Below, one piece after another: positions 22,904 to 34,851 of a DNA stretch of 64,000 nucleotides. Within the stretch, counting starts at the first letter, position 1; the number at the start of each line of letters is the position of its first letter. The DNA is taken from assembly GCF_001447785.1 (NCBI RefSeq), contig NW_015170314.1, forward strand, positions 296,965 through 360,964. Reading direction: 5' to 3'. The position numbers and the translations under genes were made by a program. The DNA comes from Gekko japonicus (taxonomy: Eukaryota). The notes beneath the pieces are model-generated. The model was not told the DNA's origin. It searched no databases and worked only from the letters and a program-made list of their open reading frames with translations.

Positions 22904-25900
22904 CTGTGTACAGAACAGACGCATGTCAGCCATGGCACAGTGACACACTGATTCCCCAATTCCAACCAACACATTCACAATGCTAGAGCAGTAAGTACCA
23001 CCCATGTCAAGGTTAAGGAAAGGACTTTGGAAGAAAGCATACGAGGCCCTTAGGAAACAAGAACGTATAAAGTCTCATCCAGCGCAGATAACGTTTCGCA
23101 TCCAGAGACTGAAAGCCAATACGCACCAGGAATTCGAATTCGCACCTGGAGGAGCACTACACTCAGGAAATAAGAACTTGCTGGTGGTCCCCGGCCTGAG
23201 AGAAGTCCGACTGTCCTTGACCAGGGCCAGCCAGGGCCTTCTCAGCCCTGGCCCCTGACTGGTGGAACGCTCTGCCGGAAGACATGCATGTTCTGTGGGA
23301 GCTGTTACCTTTCCGCAGGGCATGCAAGGCAGAGATGTTCTGCCGGGCCTTCGCTGGAGGACAGTGACAGGACTTCTTTTGGCACTCCCACAGAATTCCG
23401 CAGGGCCTGTAAGATGGAGCTCTTCCGCCAGGCTTTTGAGTAGGAGCCACCGCCACCATTCCATCGTCGTTACCCCCCATCATCGCACCTCGACCATCAA
23501 TTGTGCGGGTATCAAATGGGGTGCGAGACGTCCCTGGATGAAGATGGGATGGCTGTGCTGCTAGGAGGTATGTCGTTGGTCTGGAATTAATAACATTTTC
23601 CAGAACCCCATCTTGCAACTAATGATTCTGTGACATCTAGAGCACCGACATTTTAGTGGTTTGTATTGTATTGTTTTACTCTGCTTTTATCTGTTTTAAC
23701 TTTGGCACTCGTGCCTCTTTGTTAGCCGCCCTGAGCCTTCGGGGAGGGCGGGATATAAATCCAAAAATAAATAAATATAAATAAATAAATTCCCCATCCC
23801 TTATAACTCCTCCCCCCAGGATTTGTCCGCCATCTTATATATTGTATATACACTGCTTTTATCCACTAGCATGTATTGGACTGCTTAAGTTGGTTTTATA
23901 TTGTGAATGTACGTTATCCTGTTGTAAGCTGTCCTGAGCCCTCCTTTAGGGAAGGGTAGCCTAGTCAATCCAAACAAACAAATAAATAAATAAATAAGTA
24001 AATAAATAAATAAAATTCAAGAAGGTGCAGTAGTGTCGTCTAAGGACCACCTGATATCAAAACACGAAACAGAAGTCCTTGGGTTTCCTTGTTCATACGT
24101 GAGTGAAACAGCCTACAAATTAAAGTGGGCGGGATTCTTATCAAAACTGACCCCCATCTCTGCAAAACAGAGAGTATTGGATGACTTCCGGACCCCACAT
24201 TATTTGGAAGTGTTCCAAACTACCACACAGTATGCAATCCCACATTATTCCGTGTTGTACAAGGCAGGCAGGCACATATGCACGTCCAGTATTAAGGCTC
24301 CTTCGTGTATGCAGTAAGGGTAAGAATAATCTCTCTGCTGTTCAGAAGTGTAACACAAGGACACTTTGATTATCGTAACAATCACCACGGTAGTGGAATT
24401 GCAAACAGGCCATATCTTAATGCAGGATGTAACAAGCTGCAACACAAGATCCTCAACCTGCTAGTGGCAAGGTTAGTCAGACTGCATAATGAAGAAGAGT
24501 TGGTTTTTACACCCTGCTTTGTCTACTTTAAGGAGTCTCAAAGCAGCTTACGATCTCCTTCCCTTCCTATCCCCACGACAGGCACCTTGTGAGGCAGGTG
24601 GGGGCTGAGAGAGTTCTGAGGGAACGGTGACTGGCCCAAGGTCACCCAGCAGACTTCATGTGGAGGAAGAGCAGGGAATCAAAGTCGGCTCTCTCTCCAG
24701 ATTGGAGTCCGCCACTCTACACCCCGCCGGCTCTCATGACTGCAGTGTGGCAATCCGGTTTACAAGCAGATGACTTTTGCATGCAGCTATAGTACAATTC
24801 CTCCTTGTCAAAGATTAGACATGCTCATAACTGGCTCCTGAAAGTCATCTGCTTGTCCTTTGCAAGGCGGCTCCCACAGGCATGTACTGCCCCTCTCCAC
24901 ACAAGGCTGCCTGTTGTCTGCACATGCACACACCCGCCAGATGACGCTTCGCATTCCCAATAGAGAAAAGCAATGTTCCCGCTAAGCTTTTGAGTCTTGT
25001 GAGCAGAAATCCTACTTTGTGAGCTACCGGCATTAAAATTGTGAGCAAGCAATTTGGCTCCTGCATCAATTAGTTTGCTCTGGAGCCATCCCTTCCTGAG
25101 CGAAGACAAAAATGTGTGAGCCGGAGGCTAAAAAACTGTGAGCTAGCTCACACTAACTCAGCTTAGAGGGGACACTGGAGAAAAGGGAAGGGGGAGGGAA
25201 ACTGGCCTCTGCCCATGACAGGCAAGCACAACAGCCCTCCCCAAACATCCAACGGTAAAGCTGCAGTGTGTTCCCTGGCTTATACGTTAAACACACAAGA
25301 AATGGGGGGAAAGAAAGCCAAGGAGAAGGAATTCACAGAACCATTAAATGCAAAGCATCTACAATGAGAGAGAGAGAGAGTCTGTGCCTGATGTCCCAGC
25401 CCCAGAAGCCCAGGGATGACCTCTAGACTGGGAGGAGAGTAAGAGTCATCTTCAAAAGGACAACGCTGCCCCTCCACGTAGTAGTCAAGCCTTTGGCTCT
25501 AAATTAAATGAAGCTCCCACCTAGGAAGCAATGCTCCCTCCTCTAAGCTGTGGATTCTTGTGAGGAAAAATTCTGCTTTGTGAGCTACCAGCATTAAAGT
25601 TGTGAGCAAGCGATTTGGCTGCTGCATAAATTAGTTTGCTCTGGAGCCATCCCTTCCTGAGCTAAGACAAAAATGTGTGAGCCGGATGCTAAAAAACTGT
25701 GAGCTGGCTCACACTAACTCAGCGTAGAGGGAACACTGCTAGGAAGGCCCTCAAGGTGATATGGAAAGGAAGAGCTTCTCTATCCCACAGAAAATACAGT
25801 GGGGGAGGACCACAATAAGGACATCCTTTTTCATTTATTTAAAGAAATGGAACTGCTAAATGTGCGAACCCAGGTGCCGTGGCTACTCTCGGATACCAAT

Positions 25901-28049
25901 GATCGTGTCACCCTCTCAGTGGCAAAATCCACAGGCGCAATAATCAAATATAAGAGAAATAATACTGAGTAAGGTCTTTTGAAATATTTTCTTTGGTTCT
26001 AATTAAGGTGGCTGCTTAAGGTGATAGCCGTATGAGCAGTACTAGATAGAGAGAGAGACATCCCTTTCCCCCACTCAAATACCCCTCCACGTCCATTAAA
26101 GCACTGTGTCCCCCAATAACGGGGGAAGGAGAGTGTGCATAAACACCAGGGCAAAGAGCCTTGAGGTGTCCTAAACACAAACATATGGGGCAGGGGGAGA
26201 GAGAGCAGGGCTTCCCTGGGTAAGAAACCGGTTTGGATCTGCTCACCCCATGCAGCATTTGGAAACACTATTAATTTAAATCATTTACACACCCGCCTCA
26301 GAACTGGAAAGGAGACCCAATAAAGAAACCCGGGCTGGAAAAGGGCAACAACACTGAAGACAATACAACAGTGAGAAGCTGAAAAGCCTTCGGGTGCCAC
26401 AGAACTCTTGGTGGTGGTGGGGGGAACCTTGGCTGCAACTGCAATCTAATGCATAACAAGAAGAGAAGAGATTGGATTTATACCCCACCCTTCACTACCC
26501 AAGGGAGTCTCAGAGGGGCTTACAAACTCCTTTCTTTCCCCCTCTCCACCACAGACACCCTGTGAGCAGTGTTCCCTCTAAGCTGAGTTAGCGTGAGCTA
26601 GCTCACAGTTTTTTTAGCCTCCGGCTCACACATTTTTGTCTCAGCTCAGGAAGGATGGCTCCAGAGCAAACTAATCCATGCAGTAGCCAAATTGCTCACT
26701 CACAACTTTCATGCCAGTAGCTCACAAAGTAGAATTTTTGCTCACGAGACTCCTCAGCTTAGAGGGAACATTGCCTGTGAGGTGGGTGGGGCTGAGAGAG
26801 CTCTGACAGAAACTGCCCTTTTTCAAGAACAGCTCCGACAGAACTATGGCTTGCCCAAGGTCATCCAGCAGGCGCAAGTGGAAGAGTGGGGAATCAAACC
26901 CGGTTCTCCCAGATTAGAGTCCGCGCACTTAACCACTACACCAAACTTAACCATTAACCACTTAACCATTTGTGCTGGAAGCTGAAGCAGATAAAAGCCA
27001 CCCTGCCCCAAGGAGCTCAAGATGGCACTCATGGCTTTCCCTGGGGTGGTGGTGGTGGAAAGTGCCGTCAAATCACAGCCGCCTTATGGTGACCCTGCAG
27101 GGTTTTCAAGGCAAGAGACTAACAGAGGCGATTTGCTCCCATCCACCAGGGCCGACCCCATTTAGCTTAGGGTTGCCAGCCTCCACGTGGGGCCTGGGGA
27201 TCTCCCACTTTTACAACTGATCTCCAGCTGACAGAGATCAGCTCCCCTGGATATATACCCCGCCCTTCACTACCGAAAGGAGTCTCAGAGCGGCTGACAA
27301 ACTCCTTTCCCTTCCCCTCCCCACAACAGACACCCTGTGAGGTCGGTGGGGCTGAGAGAGCTCTGACAGAAACGACTCTTTTTCAAGGACAGCTCTTATC
27401 AGAACTACGACTTGCCCAAGGTCATCCAGCAGCTGCAAGTGGAGGAGTGGGGAATCAAAACCGGTCCTCCCAGATTAGAGTCTGCGCACTCAACCACGAC
27501 ACCAAACAGGCTCTCTAACTAATAACTAAAAGAAAGAAACGTGCCCTGGACTGACACCACCACCACCCCTTCGAAACTGGCCTTGGGAAAGCTCCCATGC
27601 GCCATCAGAAAACACAAGGGAAATATAACGGACAGGGACTCTATCTGACTGCAGAGGAAAATTTCGGTTAACACAAAACGGGGGGGGGTCAGGAGGAATC
27701 ATCCGCACTGAGGGCCCCCCCCCAATTCATCCCACCCTCCCTTAAGAAGAAAAGAAGAAGAGATTGGATTTATACCCCGCCCTTCACTACCCAAAGGAGT
27801 CTCAGAGCGGCTTACAAACTCCTTTCCCTTCCCCTCCCCACAACAGACACCCTGTGAGGTACGCGGGGCTGAGAGCGCTCTTGATGCTCTGACGGAAACT
27901 GCTCTTTTTCAAGGACAGCTCTGACAGAGCTTGTGACTGGCCCAAGGTCATCCAGCAGGTGCAAGTGGAGGAGTGGGGAATCAAACCCGGTTCTCCCAGA
28001 TTAGAGTCCGCCTGCACTTAACCACTACACCAAAAAGAGCTCTGCCTCT

Positions 28050-28780
28050 ACAAAGCGAGAGGGGGCACACTCCTCTCCTCTCCTCCCTCTCTCTCTCGAG
28101 GAGCCTCCTGGTCCCACCTTGCAGGGGTGGTGCGTGGGTGTACACGTGACTCACAAGGCGGGGGGGGCAGGCACCCTCCTCATGGAATCGTGTCCAACCC
28201 CCTTCACCCTCCCTTAGAGCTCTCCCTATGCAGAGCCAGACCTGCCCCCCCCCCGGTCCCACCTGGCCTTCGGCCGGGCCAGGAGGCGCTTCCGGTCGGT
28301 GCCTAGAGAGGCCCTCTGCGCCCGGCCGTTGCCCAGCCCCGGAGGAGGAGAGGAGCATGGCGGAGCTGGGCGGGGAGGCCGAGGCCGCGGAGCTGCAGCG
28401 CCTGGTGGCGGCCGAGGAGCAGCGGGCCCGATTCACCGCCCAGGTGGGACGGCGGAACCCCCCCCCCCCGCTTCTGTTTTTCAATTCTGTAGAGGAAAAT
28501 GAATGTGATTTCAATCATCTTTCTCCCTTCACAACAACCCGGCGAGGTAGGCTAGGCCGAGAGGGGGGTGTGAGTGGCCCAAGGTCGCCCACCCAGTGAG
28601 CCTCGGTGGCAGAGAGCGGGATTCGAACCCGGGTCTCCTCCTCCCGTATCTTAGTCTGACACTCTCAGCGCTACCCCACGTCGGCTCTGACCGCCTTCCC
28701 CTCGCAGCCGAGGAAGGGGGCTCCGGCTCACCTGGGAATAGACGTGGGTAACCCTGGGGCGTGGTGCGGCCCCCGCTCCT
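28050..28780. promoter_or_regulatory. CpG island / SDHD-TIMM8B bidirectional promoter
   Basis: GC/CpG-rich; ETS/GABP site CTTCCGG at ~28289; E-box CACGTGAC at ~28143; head-to-head gene arrangement as in mammals. Confidence 0.8.
28357..28443 (+). CDS. TIMM8B: Mitochondrial small TIM chaperone Tim8B, exon 1
   Basis: AGCATGG start; MAELGGEAEAAELQRLVAAEEQRARFTAQ; donor CAG|GTGGGA; lies in a CpG island. Confidence 0.96.
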
Positions 28781-29415
28781 CAGATCTGGGAGACTCAGAA
28801 GATGGAAGGGAGGCCGCCAAGGAAGGCCGTGCAGAGGAAGGCCATGGCAGACCATCCCTGCGCCTTCCTTGCCAGTTTGGTGTCATGGTTAAGTGCGTGG
28901 ATTCTAATCTGGGAGAACTGGGTTTGATTCCCCACTCCTCCACATGCAGCTGCTGGTGTGACCTTGGGTCAGTCACAAGTTCTCTCAGAGCTGTTCTCTC
29001 AGGAGCAGTTCTCTCAGAGCTCTCTCAGCCCCACCTACCTCACAGGGTGTCTGCTGTGGGGGAGGGGAAGGGAAAGGAGTTTGTAAGCCGTTCTGAGGCT
29101 CCCGAGTGAAGGGCGGGGTATAAATCCAATCTCCTCCCCTTCTTCTGGAGCCAGTATGGTGAAGTGGTTAAGTGTGCGAACTCTGATCTTGGAGAACCGG
29201 GTTTGATTCCCCACTCCTCCACTTGCAGCTGCTGGTGTGACCTTGGGTCAGTCATAAGTTCTCTCAGAGCAGTTCTCGAAAGAGCTCTCTCAGCCCCACC
29301 TGCCTCACAGGGTGTCTGCTGTGGGGAGGGGAGGAGTTTGTAAGCCGCTCTGAGACTCTGAGTGAAGGGGGGGTATAAATCCAATCTCCTCCTCCTCCTC
29401 TTTTTCATCTTCTTC

Positions 29416-29940
29416 TTGCCTTGGAAGCCCGTTGCTGGGGTGGCCATAAGTTGGAAGCCAAGCAGGGCTGGTACTTGGAAGGGAGACCGCCAAGGAAGGC
29501 TCTGCAGAGGAACGCCATGGCAGACCACCTCTGCTCCTCCCTTGCCTTGGAAGCCCCTGGCTGGGGTGGCCATACGTTGGAAGCTAAGCAGGGTCAGTAC
29601 TTGGGAGACCGCCAAGGAAGGCTCTGCAGAGGAAGGCAATTGGCAAACCACCTCTGCTCCTCCCTTGCCTTGGAAGCCCCTGGCTGGGGTGGCCATATGT
29701 TGGAAGCTAAGCAGGGTCAGTACTTGGGAGACCGCCAAGGAAGGCTCTGCAGAGGAAGGCAATTGGCAAACCACCTCTGCTCCTCCCTTGCCTTGGAAGC
29801 CCTTGGATGGGGTGGCCATAAGTTGGAAGCTAAGCAGGGTCGGTACTTGGAAGGGAGACTGCTAAGGAAGGCTCTGCCGAGGAAGGCAAAAGCAGACCAC
29901 CTCTGCTCCTCCCTTGCCTTGGAATCCCCTGACTGGGGTT
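29416..29940 (+). repeat. Tandem array of 5S-SINE-derived units (126/123/123/126 bp)
   Basis: TTGCCTTGGAA recurs at 29416, 29542, 29665, 29788 and 29914. Confidence 0.9.
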
Positions 29941-30112
29941 GCAACTTGCCGGCATTTTCCACACACCCACCACCTTTATGGCACCACCGTACTTTGGTAC
30001 AAATGACACAGCTACTCCTTGGAAGTGTTCACAGCAGGCTGGATCCTGGGAGTACCCAGGAGGAGAAGTGCAGGTGGGGAAATTGATGGGCCAAAGGAAA
30101 GACACCCTAACT

Positions 30113-30402
30113 GGAGAGCCAGTTTGGTGTAGTGGTTGAGTGCACGGACTCTAATCTGGGAGAACCGGGTTTGATTCCCCACTCCTCCACTTGCACCTGC
30201 TGATGTGACCTTGGGTCAGTCACAAGTTCTGGCACAGCTGTCCTTGAAAAAGAGCCGTTTCTGTCAAGAGCTCTCTCAGCCCCACCCACCTCACAGGGTG
30301 TCTGTTGTGGGGAGGGGGGGGGAAGGGAAAGGAGATTGTAAGCCGCTCTGAGACTCCAAGTGAAGGGTGGGGTATAAATCCAATCTCTTCTTCTTCTTCT
30401 TC
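30113..30402 (+). mobile_element. Squam3-type tRNA/CORE SINE (representative copy)
   Basis: A box TGGTGTAGTGG, B-box-like GGTTTGATTCC, (TTC)n tail. Further copies near 11212, 12195, 26458, 27252, 27745, 28871, 29147, 33620, 34392, 42510, 42956 and 45235. Confidence 0.8.
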
Positions 30403-31028
30403 TAACATGATGCAGGGGGAAAAGAACCTGTGACATTCAGTACCACAGTGTATGGTGGTGTTGGTGGTGGCGGCAGCAGCTCCAACGGAGGCTAGGCCGT
30501 TTCATGGAAGAGAGGGCCTCAAGCCAGGGAAGATCAGCACAAGCCGTCAAGGGGTTGGAGTGGCTTAACTTCCCGTTTACAGAAAGCTTGTTCTTGACTG
30601 TACTGGCAATCCCTGGCCTAAAAGGTCCTACCTACATGCTGTCTTTTCCAGGCCACTAGAATTAAAGCCCTTCTCTGAAGTCTCATTCCTGAGATCCACC
30701 CTGATGTCTGGCCCTTAACCAGATCACATAAAGCGACTGTTGCAGAAAGTTGCAGTTCTTTAGCTTCTGCCCAATCCAGGGTTCTTGATTGATTTACACA
30801 CATGCTCTTGCTGCACCCATAATTGGGAGCGCATCTCTTATACTAGGCGGCCTGGGAAAAACCCTTCATCCCTGGGAGCACTGAATGTCAAACCATCGTC
30901 ACAGAGCTGCTTCCAGACTTTGTTTTGCTCTTGATTACTATGAAAGAGGTGCTGCTGACCAAAGATATTTGTGTTCTTCCCCCCCCCCCCCCCCCCTCCC
31001 CCCCCCCCCCCCCCCCGTGTCCCTCTAG

Positions 31029-31196
31029 GTCCACAACTTCATGGAAGTCTGCTGGGATAAATGCGTTGACAAAACAGGTGCCAAACTGGACTCTAGAACT
31101 GAAACTTGCCTGGCCAACTGCGTCAACCGCTTCATAGACACAACATTGTCCGTCACCAATCGCTTTGCACAGATAGTACAGAAAGGAGGGCATTGA
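31029..31196 (+). CDS. TIMM8B: TIMM8B exon 2 (terminal)
   Basis: ctctAG|GTCCAC; VHNFMEVCWDKCVDKTGAKLDSRTETCLANCVNRFIDTTLSVTNRFAQIVQKGGH* with twin CX3C motifs (CWDKC, CLANC). Total 84 aa. AATAAA at ~31384 and ATTAAA at ~31756. Confidence 0.97.
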   Translation, partial: VHNFMEVCWDKCVDKTGAKLDSRTETCLANCVNRFIDTTLSVTNRFAQIVQKGGH

Positions 31197-31975
31197 TGAT
31201 GACCCCGTCCCGCACTGCATGGAGTTTTGCGGAGCCCTCCCTAATTAACAAAGTTGACACTGACCACCAACATCAGAAGCTCTACTTGATGGGAAGGTCT
31301 TATCACGATTATGAGACTATAACTGGCCCTTGCTAGATGTTGAACGTGGTCAGCGAGAGCAACGTCTGGCCTTCATGATGTTTAATAAATCACGAAAACC
31401 TTCCCAAGCAACTTGATCTAGTGGAAACTGGTTGCTTTGGTTTCCTTTGTCTGCACGATGAGATTTTTCCAGGTGGCAAATGGCTTGCTTTAAAATACAA
31501 GTGGTTTCAGAGAATGAATGGAAAACATGTTTCACGGGCGAGCCTGAAAGTGAAGGAGGGGCCTGTTGGCTCCCGCGTTGGGTTACTACTCAGTCATCTG
31601 TGTAGCCCCTCCCGATCTCAAAATTGGCCATACCACTCAAAACTGCAATTTGAAATTAAAATTGTTTGTATTCACAAAATGTACCACACACAACCATTCT
31701 GATGTAGCATGCCATGTTCTGGCACTGAGTGTGTTGTACAGGTGTACTAGTTTCCATTAAAACCAATTCCTTATCAAGTGTCTTTGTAAATGCATAACAA
31801 TTATTCTGTCCAGTACATCTTGCATCATAGCAGCCTTAATAGCCCAGAGCAGCTACATTCAAGCCCAGTAGCATCAGAGAGACCAATGAGATTTCGGGGG
31901 TATGACCTATTGAGAGTCAAAATTCCCTTCCTCAAGGGCTTGTGCACTCAAATCTGGCTGTTCTGCAGAACAGAA

Positions 31976-32170
31976 TAGCCCAGAGTAGCCTAATCTCATC
32001 AGAGCTTGGAAGTGAAGCAGGGTTGGTACTTGGGCGGGAGACCACCAAGGAAGATTTGGGCTGCTATGCAGAGGGGGGCAAAGGCAAACCACCTCTGAAC
32101 ATCTCTGGCCTTGAAAACCCTGTGAAGTGGAATTTCATAGAGTTGCCATGAGTCAGTTGTGACTCAGGGT
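31976..32170 (+). mobile_element. 5S rRNA-derived SINE with RTE-like tail
   Basis: 5S-like GAAG..AAGCAGGGT...TACTTGG..GGGAGACC followed by GGCAAACCACCTCTG...CCTTGAAAACCC. Other copies at ~39403-39605 and ~28750-28872. Confidence 0.75.
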
Positions 32171-32179
32171 CCGCAACAT

Positions 32180-33270
32180 AACATGAGAAGAGCCCTGCTG
32201 GATCAGACCAGGGAGGGTCCCGCTAGTCCAGCCTCCCGTCTCATACAGGGGCCAACCAGTTCCTCTGGAGGGCCAACAACAGGGCAGAGAGGCCGAGGCC
32301 TTCCCCTGAGAAGAACATCAGAAGAGCCCTGCTGGATCAGACCAGGGAGGGTCCCGCTAGTCCAGCCTCCCGTCTCATACAGGGGCCAACCAGTTCCTCT
32401 GGAGGGCCAACAACAGGGCAGAGAGGCCGAGGCCTTCCCCTGAGAAGAACATCAGAAGAGCCCTGCTGGATCAGACCAGGGAGGGTCCCGCTAGTCCAGC
32501 CTCCCGTCTCATACAGGGGCCAACCAGTTCCTCTGGAGGGCCAACAACAGGGCAGAGAGGCCGAGGCCTTCCCCTGAGAAGAACATCAGAAGAGCCCTGC
32601 TGGATCAGACCAGGGAGGGTCCCGCTAGTCCAGCCTCCCGTCTCATACAGGGGCCAACCAGTTCCTCTGGAGGGCCAACAACAGGGCAGAGAGGCCGAGG
32701 CCTTCCCCTGAGAAGAACATCAGAAGAGCCCTGCTGGATCAGACCAGGGAGGGTCCCGCTAGTCCAGCCTCCCGTCTCATACAGGGGCCAACCAGTTCCT
32801 CTGGAGGGCCAACAACAGGGCAGAGAGGCCGAGGCCTTCCCCTGAGAAGAACATCAGAAGAGCCCTGCTGGATCAGACCAGGGAGGGTCCATCTTGTCCA
32901 GCATCCTGTCTCACACAGTGGCCATTCCAGTTCCCCTGGGGAGCCAACAACCGGGCAGAGAGACCGAGGCCTTCCCCTGAGAAGAACATCAGAAGAGCCC
33001 TGCTGGATCAGACCAGTGAGGGTCCATCTCGTCTAGCCTCCTGTCTCACACAGGGGCCAACCAGCTCCTCTGGAGGGCCAAAAACAGGGCACAACGGCCG
33101 AGGCCTTCCCCTGATAAGAACCTAAGAAGAGCCCTGCTGGATCAGACCAGTACTCCATCTTGTCCAGCATTCAGTCTCACACAGGGGCCAACCAGCTCCT
33201 CTGGATGTCCAACAACAGGTCGTAGAGGCCGAGGCCTTCCCCTGATGTTGCCTCCTGGCTCTGGGATATA
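32180..33270. repeat. 134-bp tandem repeat x8 derived from a CR1-type 3' terminus
   Basis: AGCCCTGCTGGATC at 32191, 32325, 32459, 32593, 32727, 32861, 32996 and 33130. The first five units are identical. Confidence 0.95.
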
Positions 33271-34851
33271 ACGTGGATATAAGAGCAAGCAAGTGGGCTT
33301 GTGCTGGAGGTGAGGCCGGACGAGGGGGCCCAGCTGGTAAAGCAGAAGTCCAGCAGGAAGGGTTGGGCAGGGGCAAGTAAATAGGAGCCAGGGAGGGTAA
33401 ACGAGGTCCAGAATGGAGCCCCCAGTCTAAACAGCTCTGTTATCCTGAGTTAACATGAAGAGAATTACATGCATCCGTTATGTTGCCCCCTAGAGCGCTC
33501 TGGGAATTGTAGCTTGGAGAGCACGCTGAGGTGACTGGTGTGGCCGTCTTTTTGGATTACAGCCTTCCATACTATCTGAAGACGTGTGCGTGCACACGAA
33601 CGCTTATGCCCAGAATTAAAGAAGAGGAGAAGAGATTGGATTTATACCCCGCCCTTCACTACCCAAAGGTGTCTCAGAGCGGCTTACAAACTCCTTCCCC
33701 TCCCCACAAGAGACACCCTGTGAGGTAGGTGGGGCTGAGAGAGCTCTGACAGAAACTGCTCTTTTTCAAGAACAGCTCTGACAGAACTATGGCTTGCCCA
33801 AGGTCATCCAGCAGGTACAAGTGGAGGACTGTGGAATCAAACCCAGTTCTCCCAGATTAGAGTCCGTGCACTTTGGTCTTAAAGGCGTCACTGGACTCAA
33901 ACAGAAGCCTTCCATACTATCCTCTACAGTACACAATAAAAAAAAAACACCCGAGCCAAATTATGGTTGCCAGCTCCATCCACGTAACTTCCCAGGAGCA
34001 GCACCTGAGGAGGGTGGAGTCTGGGGAAGGGGGGTTCAGCTGGGATGTGAGGCCACACTCTACCCTCTGAAGCAGCCCTTTTCTACAGGGGAACTCATCT
34101 CTGCGGTCAAGATATCAGCTGCAGTTCCAGGAGATCTCCAGGCCCCACCTGGAGGTCGGCAGCCCTAAGCTAAGCCTCATTAAAAGATAAAGGTTCCCTC
34201 GCTCGAAAGCCAGTCGAATCCAACTCGGGTTGCGGTGCTGCTCATCTCCGTTTCAAAGCCGAAGAGCCAGCGCTGTCCGAAGACGTTTCCGTGGTCATGT
34301 GGCCGGCATGACTAAACACCAAGGCGCACGGAACGGAAAGCCTCATTAAACATGCCTCCAAATCCTTTGAAGGCTGCATTTCAATTTCTTAAGAAGAAGA
34401 GGAGATTCGATCTATACCCCACCCTTCACTCGGGGTCTCAGAGCGGCTTACAGTCTCCTTCCCCTCCCCACACCCTGTGAGGTAGGTGGGGCTGAGAGAG
34501 CTCTTTCGAGGACTGTCCTTGATAACAGCTCTGACAGAACTATGGTTTGCCCAAGGTCATCCAGCAGCTGTGAGTGGAAGAGTGGGGAATCAAACCCGGT
34601 CCTCCTAGATTAGAGTCCACTCACTTAACCACTACACCAAACGGGCTCTTTAGTGCTACTTGTGGGGGTGAGAGAACAGCCAAAAAGTGCTGTTCTCCTT
34701 AATTGCATAAACATTAATTATACCCTGCCTGGCCCTCTCTTCCCTTCCATCCCAGAACTGCCTCGGAAGTGGAATGTCTGCCAGTCAGAGATTGCTTAGA
34801 CCCAGAGAGAAGAAAGGAGAGCTTCAACACTGGCCAGTTCTCAGTAAAGAA

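Noticed and set aside
29040-30086. Long ORFs (259, 221 and 167 aa) with repeated peptides
   Set aside because: They result from 123/126-bp SINE-derived units being multiples of 3; there is no protein similarity.
32180-33270. CRISPR-like or retrozyme interpretation of the 134-bp array
   Set aside because: There are no unique spacers, the context is eukaryotic, and I found no CUGAnGA...GAAA hammerhead core in the unit (only CTGAGAAG).
33482-33515. CTCF-like and ZNF143-like (GGGAATTGTAG) motifs
   Set aside because: Imperfect matches in what looks like a repeat remnant; no promoter context.
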